A DNA stretch of 64,000 nucleotides, taken from contig OZ024741.1 of assembly GCA_964016885.1 (NCBI GenBank), forward strand, positions 384,338,001-384,402,000, given 5' to 3'. Shown here piece after piece: positions 11,703 through 25,400 of this stretch. Below the pieces are notes generated by a model. The model did not search any database. It was not told the DNA's origin and saw only the letters and a list, made by a program, of their open reading frames with translations. Origin of the DNA: Eledone cirrhosa. Its lineage: Eukaryota. A program made the position numbers and the translations under genes. The first letter of the stretch is position 1, and every line of letters begins with the position of its first letter.

Positions 11703-14700
11703 ATGGCCGTATTAAGAGTAGGATGTTTAAATGTTGGAGGCCTGGGATCGTCCTGGAAGCAGGGTCACCTGCTCAACGACCTCAGGTCTATAGAAATGGA
11801 TGTAATTGCCGTCAGAGAGACCAGGATTTCCGACACGCGCGCACTAGCACCCATTTTCGACGACTATCAGATTTTTGCATCTGTTAGCCGGCCGGGAATG
11901 GGAGGCGGGGTGGCAGTGCTGTTTAGGAAAGGCCTGGATCTCGAGGTAAGGTCGATCTACCGGGGCCCGGACGGGAAGGTGTTGGTCCTGGACGTGAACA
12001 ATAATGAAGGTGGTGCCTTTAGACTGGTGGCCGTCTATGCTCCTACTGGGGCAGGGCGGCCGGACTTCTTTAGACGCCTGGAGGCCTTTCTGGTTACGTC
12101 TCGCCCTTTACTGTTAGCGGGGGACTGGAACGGCATCTTAGACGCACGCTGGGACTGTGTGGGAGTATCCGATAGGAGCGGGGGGTGCAAAAGCCTCAAG
12201 AAGCTGATCAGCCAGTTCCAACTGTCTGACAGGTACCGACTAGATTTCCCTAATGCGCCAGTGTGGACCTGGGCTAACCGCATAGGGTCATCTAGATCGT
12301 ATATAGACAGGATATTCATTAGGAAAATAGACAGAAATAGTGTAATCTGTCCACGTTTTGAAACGGTCGCCTATTCAGATCACAAGTGTGTGATCTGTAT
12401 GGTCGACCTAGATAAGACGCGTAGGTTAGGACCTGGTTACTGGAAGCTAAACATGTCATTTCCGGCACGTAAGGCTTACAGGGACCAGGTCAACAATTTA
12501 GTTAAGAAAATGTTGACAGGGGGAATCGTAAACAATAGATGGTGGGGGGCTCTCAAAAGAGAGATTAGAGTAATGTCGATAGAGTTTAGCAAAGAAGTAG
12601 CATTAGAGAAAAATAGAAAGGAGGGGGAGTTGGTAGATAAGTTAGACGAGGCTATTGGTAGTGGCAGTGCAACTGATGTGCTAGCGGCGAGAATGGCATT
12701 AGACCATTTCTTCAATGCGAAACACGAAGGTTGCACTGTCAGAGCTAAGGAGCGTGCTCTGAGAAACGAGGGAACCAAAGCTGTTCGATGGGCCCGCGTG
12801 GCAGAGGCGCAGCGTGATAATAAAACCACGATTCGGTCTTTGACGGACCGAGACGGGCACGAGCTGAACGATTCCAAGAGGATGTGTGAGGCCTTTCGCC
12901 AACATTTTGCTCGGTTGTTCGGGGGAAGTGGCGGGTCAGAGATGGTGGCGGACTTCAGTCCCTACCTCGATGGCTTGCCGCAACTCTCGACGGCTGACGC
13001 TGGGCGCTGCGGAAGGCCAATTACTTCAGCCGAGATTCAGGATTCCCTTGTCGGCTGCATGAGGCGCAAGTCACCCGGTTTGGATGGTCTGCCCTACGAG
13101 CTTTACGTAAATATGCCAGACTTGTTCTCCAATCTCCTCGAAGCCCTCTACTGCAACTGGAAGCAAAACGGGAGTATTCCCAGTTCTGTGAGCCGGGGCG
13201 TAGTGACGCTGATAAGGAAAGGCGAGAACAAGAGGGACACATTAGACAATTTCAGGCCATTAACTCTGCTCAACACAGAGTTTAATATTTTGGCCAGGGT
13301 GTTAGCGAAGAGGTTGGTGCTTGTCGTCGGGGATTTGGTTGGGGAGGCGCAAACTTGCGCAATCCCAACCAGGTCCATACACGACAACCTCCACCTAATG
13401 CAATACATCATAGAGAGGGTAGGGTGTAAACCTGGCTTCGGTGGGGCTCTGATCATTTTAGATCAATCGAGAGCATTCGATAGGGTCGACCATCGGTACC
13501 TGGAGGCTGTCCTCAAGGCGGCTGGCTTCGGCCCCGTCTTCAGAAGTTAGATCGCTGCAATGCACAGCGGCACCTGCTCGATGGTCAAAATTAATGGCCA
13601 CCTCTCGGAACCGTTTCAGGTCTCCCGATCGGTCCGTCAAGGGTGCCCTCTCTCCTCCCTTCTGTACGTATTGACTCTCGAGCCTTTACTGCGGAAGCTG
13701 GAGCTGTTGCAGGGCATCCCGCTCGAACCGGGACGCGGAAAGGCTGTGTCGGCTTATCCGAACGACATCACCGTGATGGTGTCGGGCACCTCAGAAATCG
13801 AGGTGGTCGGCAACTTATTGGAGGAATATGAAAGGTTGATGGGAACAAAACTTAACCCGGAAAAGTCAGTGGGCTTGCAACTCGGCACCTGGAGAGGCAA
13901 GTCCATGCCGTCCAACAGCATCGTGGGGCGCTGGACGGACGGACCGGTAAAGTTGCTAGGGGTTTGGTTCGGGCCAGACCTCCAGGTGGATAAGAATTGG
14001 GACGAGGTGACGAGCAGGATAGCCAACCTCACCCAGAAATGGGCTGAGAGAAAGCTATCACTGAAAGGGCGGGCGGAGGTGGCGAACGCGTACATCGCGT
14101 CCGTCATCTACTACCGCCTGACCGTCGTGCCTTGCCCCCGTCCACGCCTCGCCAATTTGGAACGGCTCCTTTTCAAATTTTTGTGGAGGGGACGGGTCCC
14201 GTTGGTGAGGCGGTCCATCTGCTGCCAGCACCCTCTTCGTGGAGGGCTGGGCATGCCGTGGCTAATGATGCGCAGACATGCGCTGAGGCTGCGACATCTC
14301 CAGATATTTTGCCTAAACGGTGAACAGGTGTGGTCGCCGTTTGTTAGACGGGCCTTTCCGCAGCTCATCTCTTTGACTGAGCTGCAGTCCTGGGTCAAGA
14401 AGAGACCGAGACTGGGCGACTGGCATCTGGAATGTTGCCAGGCGCTCACTGCACTCTGCAAGGTGGGCAATGCGGTCAGTGGAACTTCCACTCAAGATTT
14501 CTATAGAGGATTAGTGGAGGGCAAGTGCGATGACGTACTAGGAGAGGCTCTGGGCGTCAACGAAGTAGAACTGACCAGTATGTTCCGGAGGACTTTCGAG
14601 CCGGGGACGATGGATAACTTCCAGAAATCCCTCGCTTGGCAGTGCTACCGGGGGGCGCTGCCGGTTCGGGATAAACTCTACAGGCACGGAAGTGCTGTCA

Positions 14701-15125
14701 GACGAACCTGCCCGAGATGCGCGCAGAGCGACGAAACCGTTCTGCACGCACTCGTCCAGTGTCCGTGCATTGCTGACTTGTGGGGTTATGTCGAACAGCT
14801 ATTGTCGCGTGTAGAACGGATCCGGCTATCGTCCGAGTCCATAGTGAAGATTGACCCGCCGCCTTCTTTTGGTCAGGAAGGGCAGGCAATTTTCCTCTGC
14901 CTGGTGGCAGTAGCGAAAGAGGTTGCATGGTGGACCAGGTTGAAAGGACTGAAGACAGACACTTTTCTCTTCGGCCAATCCCTCATCAACTTCTTCAAGT
15001 TTCACTTGGAAAGGAAGGTGAGGGTGGAGAGAGAAGTGCTGCCCCCCAGTACATTTACTGAAAGGTGGGTGAATGTGGCGAGAATGGCCCGTGTGAGTGG
15101 GCCTACTCTGATCATGCGCCTGTAG
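11703..15125 (+). pseudogene. Tx1-A ORF2 (APE endonuclease + reverse transcriptase + CCHC), one internal stop
   Basis: APE motifs LNVGGL, ET, GDWN, IDR, SDH. RT motifs KSPGLDG, FRPLTLLN, DQSRAFDRV, VRQGCPLS. Catalytic YADD mutated to YPND. CPRC..ETVLHALVQC. In-frame TAG at 13548. Confidence 0.93.
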
Positions 15126-15595
15126 GCTGGTGAATTCGAGAAGGAGAGGGGTGCCCTTCCCGGGTGCCCTAGGAGCGTCGGGTGGCTCAGGACTGGTGGG
15201 GTGCTTGAGTCAACCCTGGGTGGTGATCCCTCTTATTGGGGAACTTTCATTGTTGTATTTTTATTGTTATTTTGTTTTTTGTTATTTATACTTACTCGAT
15301 CTCTATGTAAACCCCCACTGTCCCTGTCTATTGTGTTGTCCCCTATATGTCGGCCCTTGTGGCCAATAAATGAAATCATTATTATTATTATTATCGCCTC
15401 CAGTTTTTTTTTCAACAGTTTACCTCGTTTTCAACCGTTCTAAACCTTTTATTCAAGTTTTAAACTTGATAAAAGTTTAGAAGAAGTGACCCACCTAATA
15501 CAGGGGTTTACTCGTAAATAATACGGCACCCCTTTACGGGATGTCGTATTGTGTAAAATAAAAAAATATTATTTGAAAAACAAATTTCTTTCAAC

Positions 15596-17558
15596 ATGGA
15601 TAACACAAGAGAGAGAGAGTGCTGTCAGACAACACAGAGAGAGAGGGAGACTTTGTCAGCATGTCAACAAGACAGCGTTCCAGCGGAGGTAAATTTAAAA
15701 GAAAATATTACGAAGGAAAAGAGGAACAATAGCATGTTTAATGATATTGTTACAGATTTAAAATTACCAAATATTTCCAACACAAACAACAATAACACCA
15801 ACAACAACTATATCAATAACAACAGCAACAACAAAAATAGCAGCGGTAAGGTCGAGAACGACAATATCAACAGCCACAACAACAATAATAGTAGGAACAG
15901 TATCAACAAAAACAATAATAATAACAACAGCCACAATAACAGTAACAACAACAACAGTATCAACGAAAACATCAACAATAATATCGATACCTGTAACAAC
16001 GATCTCAGTACCACCAGTAAGACCAGGAGCGGCAGCAATAGTGGTGCTGCTGAAAAAGGGACCTCTTCTTTTGGAGGTGTCGCCCGAAATATAGAAACGG
16101 TGTTAGTCACAGAGGAGGAGATGGCAGTCGCAAGGGCCATGGTGACAAGAAGCGCCAATGGAGTCTCCCTGAAACTTACACCCGATTTTTTTCAAGAACC
16201 AGCAGCTACGGACGGTGACTTACCGCACCGTAAGCAAAATTTCACATCGGGTGGAGAGAGCCAAGGAGGCTCAAATCCAAAAGGCCTTGGGGTGCGTCTG
16301 GGCGCGCAAAACCCACATCACCCGAGGCAGAAAGTACGCTACAGTCTCGCTCTTTGGAAACTCTAAAGAGTAAGGAGATAGTCTTGGTGCCCTCCTACTG
16401 CGGACAGAAAATTGTGAGGGTCAAAGTGACCCAGGTCCCACCCGACGTTCCGATACCTTGGCTGGCCGCGTCTGTCCTTGCTGGAATCGAGGACAGGACG
16501 ACCATGCTGCAAGTAGAGAAAATAGGGAGAGAGAACTGGTCAGGTATAGGCATGCAAATGTTTATACAAACTGACCAGGAGTGTATCGACACTATCCCCG
16601 ATATCATAGACCTCGAGGAAGGACTCCAACTCCCTATAAGCGTGGAAGGAAGACGGCCAAAATGTTATCTCTGTTGGTCAAAGGTCACCTCAGGGGTTTT
16701 TGCCCGCAGAAGACAGCGAAGAAGAACGCCCCTCTCCTTCCAATACCTGGTGCGCTGCTACCAAGAGCAGGGCAGGCAACAAACGCAGAAGCCACTTCCA
16801 CGGTGAGTAGGAGGGCACCCGTACCAAGGCCACGGACAACTAAAGCAGCAGCATCAGTGGCGGCAACACCAGTAGTTACATTTGCAGTAGCTGCACCAGC
16901 AACAAAATTGCCGGAGAGGGCTCCACTACCACCACCAACAGCCGTGGAGCACATACGCCTCCCAGACGCCACGTAATCCGACATGAAGTCTGAGGCGGGA
17001 GTGAAGTGGTAAACGATCTGCCACAAAAAAAAACAAAAAACAAAAACCCCTTAGATTCACCCTCCAAAAGCAAAGGCATACAAAGAGGGGTAAAGGCTGC
17101 AAGGAGACTTGCAGCAACACCACCACCATCACCATCACCACCACAAGCACCACCGCCAACAACAACCACACCACCACCAACATCACCATAAACACCAACA
17201 ACGCAAACACAACAAAACACACACACCAAACAGCAACAAAATTACCCCTCCCCCCAAAAAGTACACAGCCATAAACATAGCAAAAAAAGAACTCATAAAA
17301 TATATAAAGCAGCACACAGACATCACGGAAAAAAATTACTACACCCCACCAACACCAAGAACTCTCCCGACAAACATAAGCATCATCGAAATCTCAATAG
17401 AACAATACAAACCTTTAAAACAAAAATTCCCCAACGCAGTTGGGGACTTCAGAGGGACGGTTACCAAGGGGATATACACTGACATCCTCTTGGAAACACC
17501 CATGACCAGCGAAAGGGACGGTTCTACTGTCCCTTCACCACACGAACAAGGTAAGTGA
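15596..17558 (+). pseudogene. Tx1-B ORF1, frameshifted
   Basis: Asn-rich N-terminus, LVPSYCGQ..V.VT.VPP, EGRRPKCYLC...GHLRGFC knuckle broken by a frameshift. Confidence 0.8.
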
Positions 17559-17590
17559 CCCTTTCTCATTTGCCCCGTTTCTCATCCAAC

Positions 17591-20500
17591 ATGGCCGTAC
17601 TCAGAATAGGCAGTATAAATGCACGTGGCCTGGGGTCAACTTGGAAGCAGGGTCACCTGCTCAACGATCTCAGGTCACTAAATATAGATGTGGTGGCCAT
17701 CAGCGAGACCAGAATCTCCGACGCACGAGCCTTCACATCGATCTTCGGCAGCTACGATGTATACGCATCTCCCAGCCGTCCAGGATCGGGGGGAGGGGTT
17801 GCCGTCCTTTTTCGGAGAGGCTTGGATCTCGCCATACGGGCCATCTTCCTAGACCCAGAAGGTAAGTTGGTGGTGCTGGATGTGGCAGGCAGCGAAGCCA
17901 ATGCTTTCAGGCTAGTAGCCGTCTACGCTCCAACTGGGGCAGGACGACCAGATTTCTTGAGACGTCTAGAGACCTTTCTTGGAACGTCCCGCTCTTTAGT
18001 GTTAGTGGGCGACTGGAACGGTATCTTGGATGCACGCTGGGATTGTGTGGGGCTAGTGGATGGGGGATGAGGGTGCAAGAGCCTCACCAACCTGCTCAGA
18101 CGTTTTGAACTGTCTGACAGGTATCGACTGGATCACCCGAATGTGCCAATGTGGACATGGACAAACCGCATCGGGTCATCCAGATCGTATCTCGATAGGG
18201 TATTCTGCAGAGAACTAGATAATGCTAGTATAAGTTGTCCACAATTTAAAATAGTCGACTACACAGACCACAAATTTGTGATATGTCAGATCGACATAGA
18301 CAAACTTCATAGACAAGTACCCGGTTAGTGGAAGCTGGACGCGTCTTTCCCGGCGCGCAAAGCCTACAGAGACCGGATTAGCGTATTAGTTAAGCGGGCA
18401 TTGACGGGAGTGGTCGTCAACAACAGGTGGTGGTTCTCCCTGAAAAGGGCAATTAAAGTAAAGTCGATTAGGTTTAGCAAAGGACTAGTGATAGAGGAAA
18501 ATAGAGTAGAGGTAGAGCTAGTCAGAAAGCTAGAAGAGGCGTTCAGGAGAGGCATCGCAACCGACGTACGTGCGGCGAGATTGGCACTCGACCAATTCTT
18601 CAACGCAAAACACGAAGGCTGTGTTGTCAAAGCTAGAGCGCGTGCTCTGAAGGACGAGGGGACAAAAGCGGTTCAATGGGCCCGGGTGGCAGAGGCGCGA
18701 CGTGGTTACAAAGCCACAATTCGGTCTTTATCTGACCAAAACGGGCGCGTGTTGCTCGAACCCGAGCAGATGTGTGAAGCTTTTCAGTAGCACTTTGCTG
18801 AACTGTTCGGGAGCAGCAGCGGGCTGGATCGGGGTATGCATTTCAGTGCATACCTCGACGGACTGCTTCGGCTCTCGATGACCGCAGCACAGTGTTGCGA
18901 AAAGCCAATAACAGCCGGTGAAATACGGGAAGCGATGGCTAACAGTACGAGGGGTAAATCGCCAAGTTTGCATGGTCTGCCCTACGAGCTTTATGCATTT
19001 ATGCATAAAGCACGTATGCATAAAGCTCTTGGCAGAGGTCTACTGCAACTGGCAGCAGAACGGGACCATTCCCAGTTTTGTGAGCCAGGGAGCGGTGGCG
19101 CTGCTGAGAAAAGACCCGAACAAGGGGGATGTTATCGATAACTTCAGGCCCATAACCCTGCTAAACGCAGCGTTCAAGATTTTGGCCAAGGTGTTAGCAA
19201 CGAGGTTGGCGCTTGGTCGTGAAGGGTCTGATGGGAGAGGCGCAGACATGCGCCATTCCGGACAGATCCATACACGACAACCTACACCTCATGCGATACA
19301 TCATAGAGAGGGTAGTTAAAGAACCTGGGACGGGTGGGGCCCTGATCAACTTGGATCAATCCAAAGCATTCGATAGAGTCAACTATCGGTACCTGGCGGC
19401 GGTCCTCGAGGCAGCCGGTTTCGGGCCCGTTTTCAGGGGTTGGATCGCTGCGATGTACAGCGATATGTGCTCAGTTGTGAGGGTGAACGGTCACCTGTCG
19501 TAGCCGTTCAGCATCATGCGCTCGGTCCGCCAGAGTTGTCCCCTCTCGTCCCTCTTGTACGTATTGGCTCTCGAGCCGTTACTGTACAAACTGGGGGCGA
19601 TGAGGGGCGTCCCACGCGAACTAGGATGCGGGAAATCCGAGTCGGCTTACGTCAACAACGTCACCATGGTGGTGTCGAGCGCCAGACACGTCCAGATGCT
19701 CGGCACCGCTCTCAAGGATTACGAAGCGGTGACAGGAGCCAAGATAAACCAGGAAAACTCGGTGGGCTTGCAGCTCAGCACCTGGAGAGGCAAGTCCATG
19801 CCGTCCGACAGCGTCGTGACGCGTTGGACGGACCCGTTAAATTGCTCGGGGTCTGGTTCGGACCGGACCTCCAGATGGAGAAAAACTGGAGCAAGGTGAC
19901 GAGCAAGGTGGCCTCCCTCACCCAGAAATGGGCCGAGAGGAAGCTGTCCCTGAAAGGCCGAGCGGAGGTGGCGAATGCGTACAACACATCCGTTGTCTGC
20001 TACCGCCTTACCGTCGTCCCTTGCCCCGGCCCAACTCTCACCAAAATGGGGCGCCTCCTCTTCCGCTTTTTTGTGGAAGGGATGCGCTCCCATGGTCAGA
20101 CGATCCATCTGCTGTCAACACCCGTTGCGTGGAGGACTGGGCATGCTATGGCTGATGATGCGCAAACATGCGCTGAGGCTGCGGCATCTCTGGTGCTTCC
20201 TTGACGGTGAACAGGTGTGGTCGCCGTTCGCCAGGCACGTTTTCCCACAGCTCGTCTCCTTAACGGAGCTGCAGTCCTGTGTCAGGAAAAGACCGAGGGA
20301 TAGCGCTTGGAAACTGGAATGTCTGCAGGTGCTCACTCCCCTCTGCCAGCTGGGCACCAGTATCGGTATAACATCCACCTCGGCGTTCTATAGAGGACTA
20401 GTGGAGGGGAAAAGCGACGACGTCCTCGGAGAGATTCTGGGCGTCGAAGAAGATCAGCTGTTTGCTCTCTTCCGGAGAACTTGCAGTCCAGGGCCTATGG

Positions 20501-20998
20501 ATAACTTCCAAAAATCCCTGGCCTGGCAGTGCTACCGGGGAGCGTTGCCGGTTCGAGATAAGCTCTACAGGCACGGAAGTGCCGTCAGCCGAGCCTCTCC
20601 GAGATGTGTGCAGAGCGACGAAACCGTCGTGCAAGCACTCGTTCAGTGCCCGAGCATTGCTGACTTGTGGAGCTATGTCGAACAGTTGCTGTCGTCGTAT
20701 GTAGGACTGATCCGGTTATCGACTGAGTCCATTGTCAGATGGTCTCGCCGTCTTCCTTCGTGGAGGAAGGGCAGGCGGTTTTCATCTGCCTGGTGGCCAT
20801 GGCGAAAGAGATTGTGTGGTGGACAAGGTTGACACTTTCCTCTTCGGCGAATCCCTAATTAACCTTTTCAAGTTTTACTTGAAGAGGAAAATCAGGGTGG
20901 AGAGGCAAGTGCTGCCTTCTAGCAAGTTTGTTGAAAGGTGGGTGAATGTAGCGAGAATGGTCCGAGTGAACGGGACCGCTCTGAATATACGCCTGTAG
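17591..20998 (+). pseudogene. Tx1-B ORF2 (APE-RT), multiple stops and frameshifts
   Basis: INARGL, ISET, GDWN, YLDR, TDH, FRPITLLN, DQSKAFDRV, VRQSCPLS. Confidence 0.9.
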
Positions 20999-21298
20999 TT
21001 TGAGAAATGGAAAAATTGAGAGAGGGCGCTTGCCCTGGTGGTCAGGGTGGCCGTGGTCTTGTGTGGTTTTCGCCACGAGTAACACTCGGAGGTTTTTCCC
21101 CCTATTGGAGAATTTTTCATTGTTTAAATTTTCATTTTTATTGTTTATATATATGTTTCTATGTCTTTTTTTTTTCTCTTCTTATATAAATAATAAAATT
21201 CTTTACATGCACAAAACCTACATCATACCCTCCTGTACCGTCCTGTGCCGTCTGTAATGTTTTTCTTGATGTCAGCTCTTGTGGCCAATAAAGAAATC

Positions 21299-21490
21299 GG
21301 TGGATTGGCAGTATCGGTAAGGGGTCGGAGGCCATGCTTTGACGCATAGAGTTACGGCACTTGCCATTCTGAGTTCAAATCCCGCCGAGGTTAACTTTGC
21401 CTGTCATCCTTACGGGGGTCGATAAAATAAAGTACCAGTCATGCACTGGTAATTGCTGGTCTTGTGCCAAAAGTAGAAACAATTATTATT
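21299..21490 (+). mobile_element. tRNA-derived SINE, same family as 8038
   Basis: Colinear with 8042-8237, TTA tail. Confidence 0.85.
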
Positions 21491-22491
21491 AGCTCGTCTC
21501 CTTGACGGAGCTGCAGTCCTGGGAGGGCGCTCACAACCCTCGACCAATCGGGCAATCTGATCGGTGGAAACTCCACCTTGGCCTTCTATAGAGGATTAGT
21601 GGAGGGGAAGAGCGACGACGTACTTGGGGAAACTCTAGGCGTCGACGAAAATCAACTAGCCAATCTCTTCGGAAAAACTTTCGGGCCGGGGCCTATGTAC
21701 AACTTCCAGAAATCCCTGGCCTGGCAGTGCTACCGAGGAGCTTTGCCAGTTCGAGATAAACTCTACAGGCATGGAGGTGCCGTCAACCGGGCATGTCCGA
21801 GATGCACGCAGGGCGACGAGACCATCCTACATGCATTCGTCTAGTGTTCGAGCATTGCTGACTTGTGGGTTTATGTCGAACACCCGCTGTCGCGTGTAGG
21901 ACGGATCCAGCTATCAGCTGAGTCCATCGTGAGGATTGCCCCGCCCTCTTCTTTTAGCCGGGAAGGGCAGGCAATTTTTATCTGTCTGGTGGCCATGGCG
22001 AAAGAGATAGTATGGTGGACACGTTTGAAAGGGCTGAAGACGAGCATTTACCTCTTCGGTGATGCCCTGATTAACTTTTTTCAAATTTCATTTGAAAAGG
22101 AAAATCAGAGTAGAGAGGGAAGTGCTCTCTTCCCAGCATTTTGTTGAAAGATGGGTGAGAGAGGCAAGAATGGCCCGAGTGAATGGGCCTACTCTGAGTA
22201 TGTGTCTGTAAATTAAAGGTGGAAAACTGGGAGAGGGCACTTGCCCTGGTGGTCAGGGTCACTGTGGCTTTTTAATGGGCTTTCTCCACGAATGTCCCTC
22301 GGAAGTCTCCCCCCTATTGGGGAATTTTTCATTGTTATTTTTTGTTACATCCTCTGTTTTTGTTTTTTACACGCAGAAATGCCCATTTGTACCGTCCTTT
22401 ATTGTCCTGTATTGTACTTAATGTCCTTAATGTCTACTTTATGTAAACCCTTGTGGTTAATAAAGAAAGCATTATTATTATTATTATTATT
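21491..22491 (+). mobile_element. 5'-truncated Tx1 family C
   Basis: Matches ~37137-38150 with a small internal deletion, TTA tail. Confidence 0.9.
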
Positions 22492-25400
22492 ACAGCTGCA
22501 TTTATCTTGCTTTATGTTCATACGAGTTATCACCAAGTCACAACCAGTGACCTCAAGAGAACAAAGCCCGCCATGTTCAAGAAAGAACATACATACACAC
22601 ACATGCATCTTTAGGTGTTTTGACTTGTGATGTACTTATATTGACAGAATCTTCCTTAGTATATGTGCAGTTCCCATTAGTACTATCTTTTGTATTTCTC
22701 CTATACGCGGGTTTCCTGGGATTTGCGATAAGTAATCATTAGACCCCTTAGGTATCATTCCTAGAGCGCCTACAACCACTGGTATTGTTTTAATTCTCAA
22801 TTTCCACATTTTTCCAATTTCTGTCTCCAGGTCCTTATACTTGCTCAATTTTTCAAATGTTTTTATAGATACATTCTTGTCTATTGGAACGGCATATCAA
22901 ATAGCAGGCATACCCTCTTTTTAAAGTCCTTCAGTATTATATCAGGTCTATTTGCATCTATTTTTCGGTCTGTTTGGATGCTAAAGTTCCAAAAGATTGA
23001 GATGTGATCTTTTTCAAGTATGGGAGGTGGTTGATGCTCCCACCAATTCTTTTGATGGGGCAGGTCAAAATTCTTACACATTATCCAATGTATGTATTGT
23101 GCAGTTCTGTCATGCCTGTTTAGATATTCGGTTGGAGCTATAGGGCTGCACATTGAAATGATATGGTCAATGGTCTCTGGTTGTTTTTTACATACACGGC
23201 ATAATGGGCTGCATCCATTTTTTATTATATTGGCTTGGTAATTTTTTGTTGGCAGACACTGATCTTGTGCTGATATAATCAGTCCTCCAGTCTCCGATTT
23301 CAGTCCAGAGGATGCCAACCACTGATGGGTTAAAGTTTTGTCAACATCAGGATTGTTAGCTCGTTCTGGGTATTTTCCATACAGAGGCTTTTCTTGTCAT
23401 TTCTTAGCCAGTTTCTGTAGCAGTTCTTTCTTTGCAGTTACTTTTACCTGCTTTGCTTTTTCTGTGTTTTCCATTTCAGCAGTAAATGAGACTTCTGAAA
23501 TTTGTAGTCCATTACTGTATCTTTGTGCATCTTTTGTAATGGAATATGATCTTTTGATGCTTTCGTGTTTCAAAACGAGTTTGATCATCCAATCATGTGA
23601 TTCCCTTAGATATGTTGCAGTTTTCAACGCAATGTCTAACTGGATTAACCCACGTCCTCCTTCTTTCCTAGGGAGATATATTCTATCTGTATCTGCCTTA
23701 GGGTGATGCATTCTGTGCATGGTTAAGAATTTTCGAATTTTTGTATCGAGCCTACGGATCTCTGTGCTTGACCAGTTGATGACATTGTAACTGTAGGTTA
23801 CTACTGGTATGGCAAGCGTGTTTATGGCATCGATCCTATTCCTTGCATTCAATTCCGTTCTTAAGATTGCTCTTACTCTGCGGTAACATTCCTTCCTTAT
23901 CCTTTCCTTCATTGTCGAGTGCTTGATTCCGTCTCCTTCACAAACACCTAGATATTTGTAGTTTCCTCTTGATCAAGTTCTCTTATCACATTCCCCCGAT
24001 CAAGATTAATATCTGAACTTTTCAGCAGCTTTCCTCTGGTGAACGTTGCTTTGGCACATTTATCTAGTCCAAACTCCATTTTAATGTCATCACTGAGCTG
24101 CTCCACAGTGGATAATAGCCCTTGCAATTGTTCATCATTTTTTGCAAATAGTTTCAGGTCATCCATGTAGAACAAGTGATTAATGGTTTTGTCATAGACA
24201 TGTTTTGTTTCATTGAGCATTTTACTTAATGGTATAAGTGCGATGCAGAATAAAAGCGGTGATAAAGAGTCACCCTGAAAAATTCCACAATTAATATTAA
24301 CTTCTGCAGCTTCCAGTGATTTTGTTTCACTATTCAAAAGGAGTGTCGTTTTCCATGTCTTCATACTGAATGACAAAAACCTCCTGACAACGGGAGATAT
24401 TTTGAAAATCTCTAAACATTTTTCAATCCCACTGTGTGGCAAACTATCGAATGCTTTTTTATAATCTATCCAAGCAATTGATAGATTTTTGTGCCTATTA
24501 TGACAATCTTCCAGTATCATTTTGTTAACCAGAAGCTGATCCTTACAGCCATATGAGCCTCGTTTACACCCTTTCTGCTCAATGGGAAATAGGTCATTTG
24601 TTATCAGGTGGTCATATGTATATTCAGTTAGGACTGATGTTAAAATTTTATACATTGTGGTCAAGCAAATTATCGGTCTGTAATTTTTGGGATTGTTTGT
24701 CTCATCATTCTTCGGAAGCAGGAATGTAATGCCGTTAACTAGCCATGATGATATCTTTTCTGTCTCCTTAACTATTTCATTGTAAAGTTGGGCTAACAGC
24801 TCATGAGATTCTGTGAAGGCATTTATCCAAAAGTTTTGTATTTTGTCTTTTCCTGGGGATTTCCATTTGCTAGTTTTTCTAAGAGCCAAACGCAACTGTT
24901 CAACTGTTATATTTTCCCATATTTGTTCCTCAAGGTGAGCTGTATCTTTCATTTGTCTGTCTATCCATGGGGCATGTATATTATGAACCTTTTCTTCGGC
25001 CCAGATCTTTTCCCAGAATTCTTGCACTTCCTCCTTGGGTGGTATTGATTTAGCAGTTACTGTTGACTTACCAATTTTTCTGTAGAAGTTTCTTTGGTTG
25101 TTTTTGAACATATTATTGTCCTTATAGAATCTAGATCATTTTTCAAAGCGCCTTATACGAGCAGCTTTGGCCGACACTTTTTGCTTAATTATTTCTATCA
25201 GCATGTCTATGTCACTTGTTGATTTTATACTGTACTTTCTTTTCAATTTTCTAAGTTTAGTTTGTTTAACATGTTCACCTACTTTATAGTTTGTTAAAAT
25301 TTCTATGTCAGATCGGAGAAGGTTTATTTGGCGATTGATGTTCTCTTGCCAAGTAGATTTCTTGTGGGAATTCCTTTGTTTTTTCATTTTCACTCCACAT

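Larger units (their letters stand above)
9490..15394 (+). mobile_element. Near-full-length L1/Tx1-clade non-LTR retrotransposon, family A
   Basis: 5' UTR, ORF1 with zinc knuckle, ORF2 APE-RT-CCHC, 3' UTR with AATAAA. (TTA)n on both sides. Confidence 0.93.
15395..21298 (+). mobile_element. Near-full-length decayed Tx1-clade element, family B
   Basis: Same organisation as A with a different 5' UTR and ORF1. Begins right after A's TTA tail. Confidence 0.9.
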
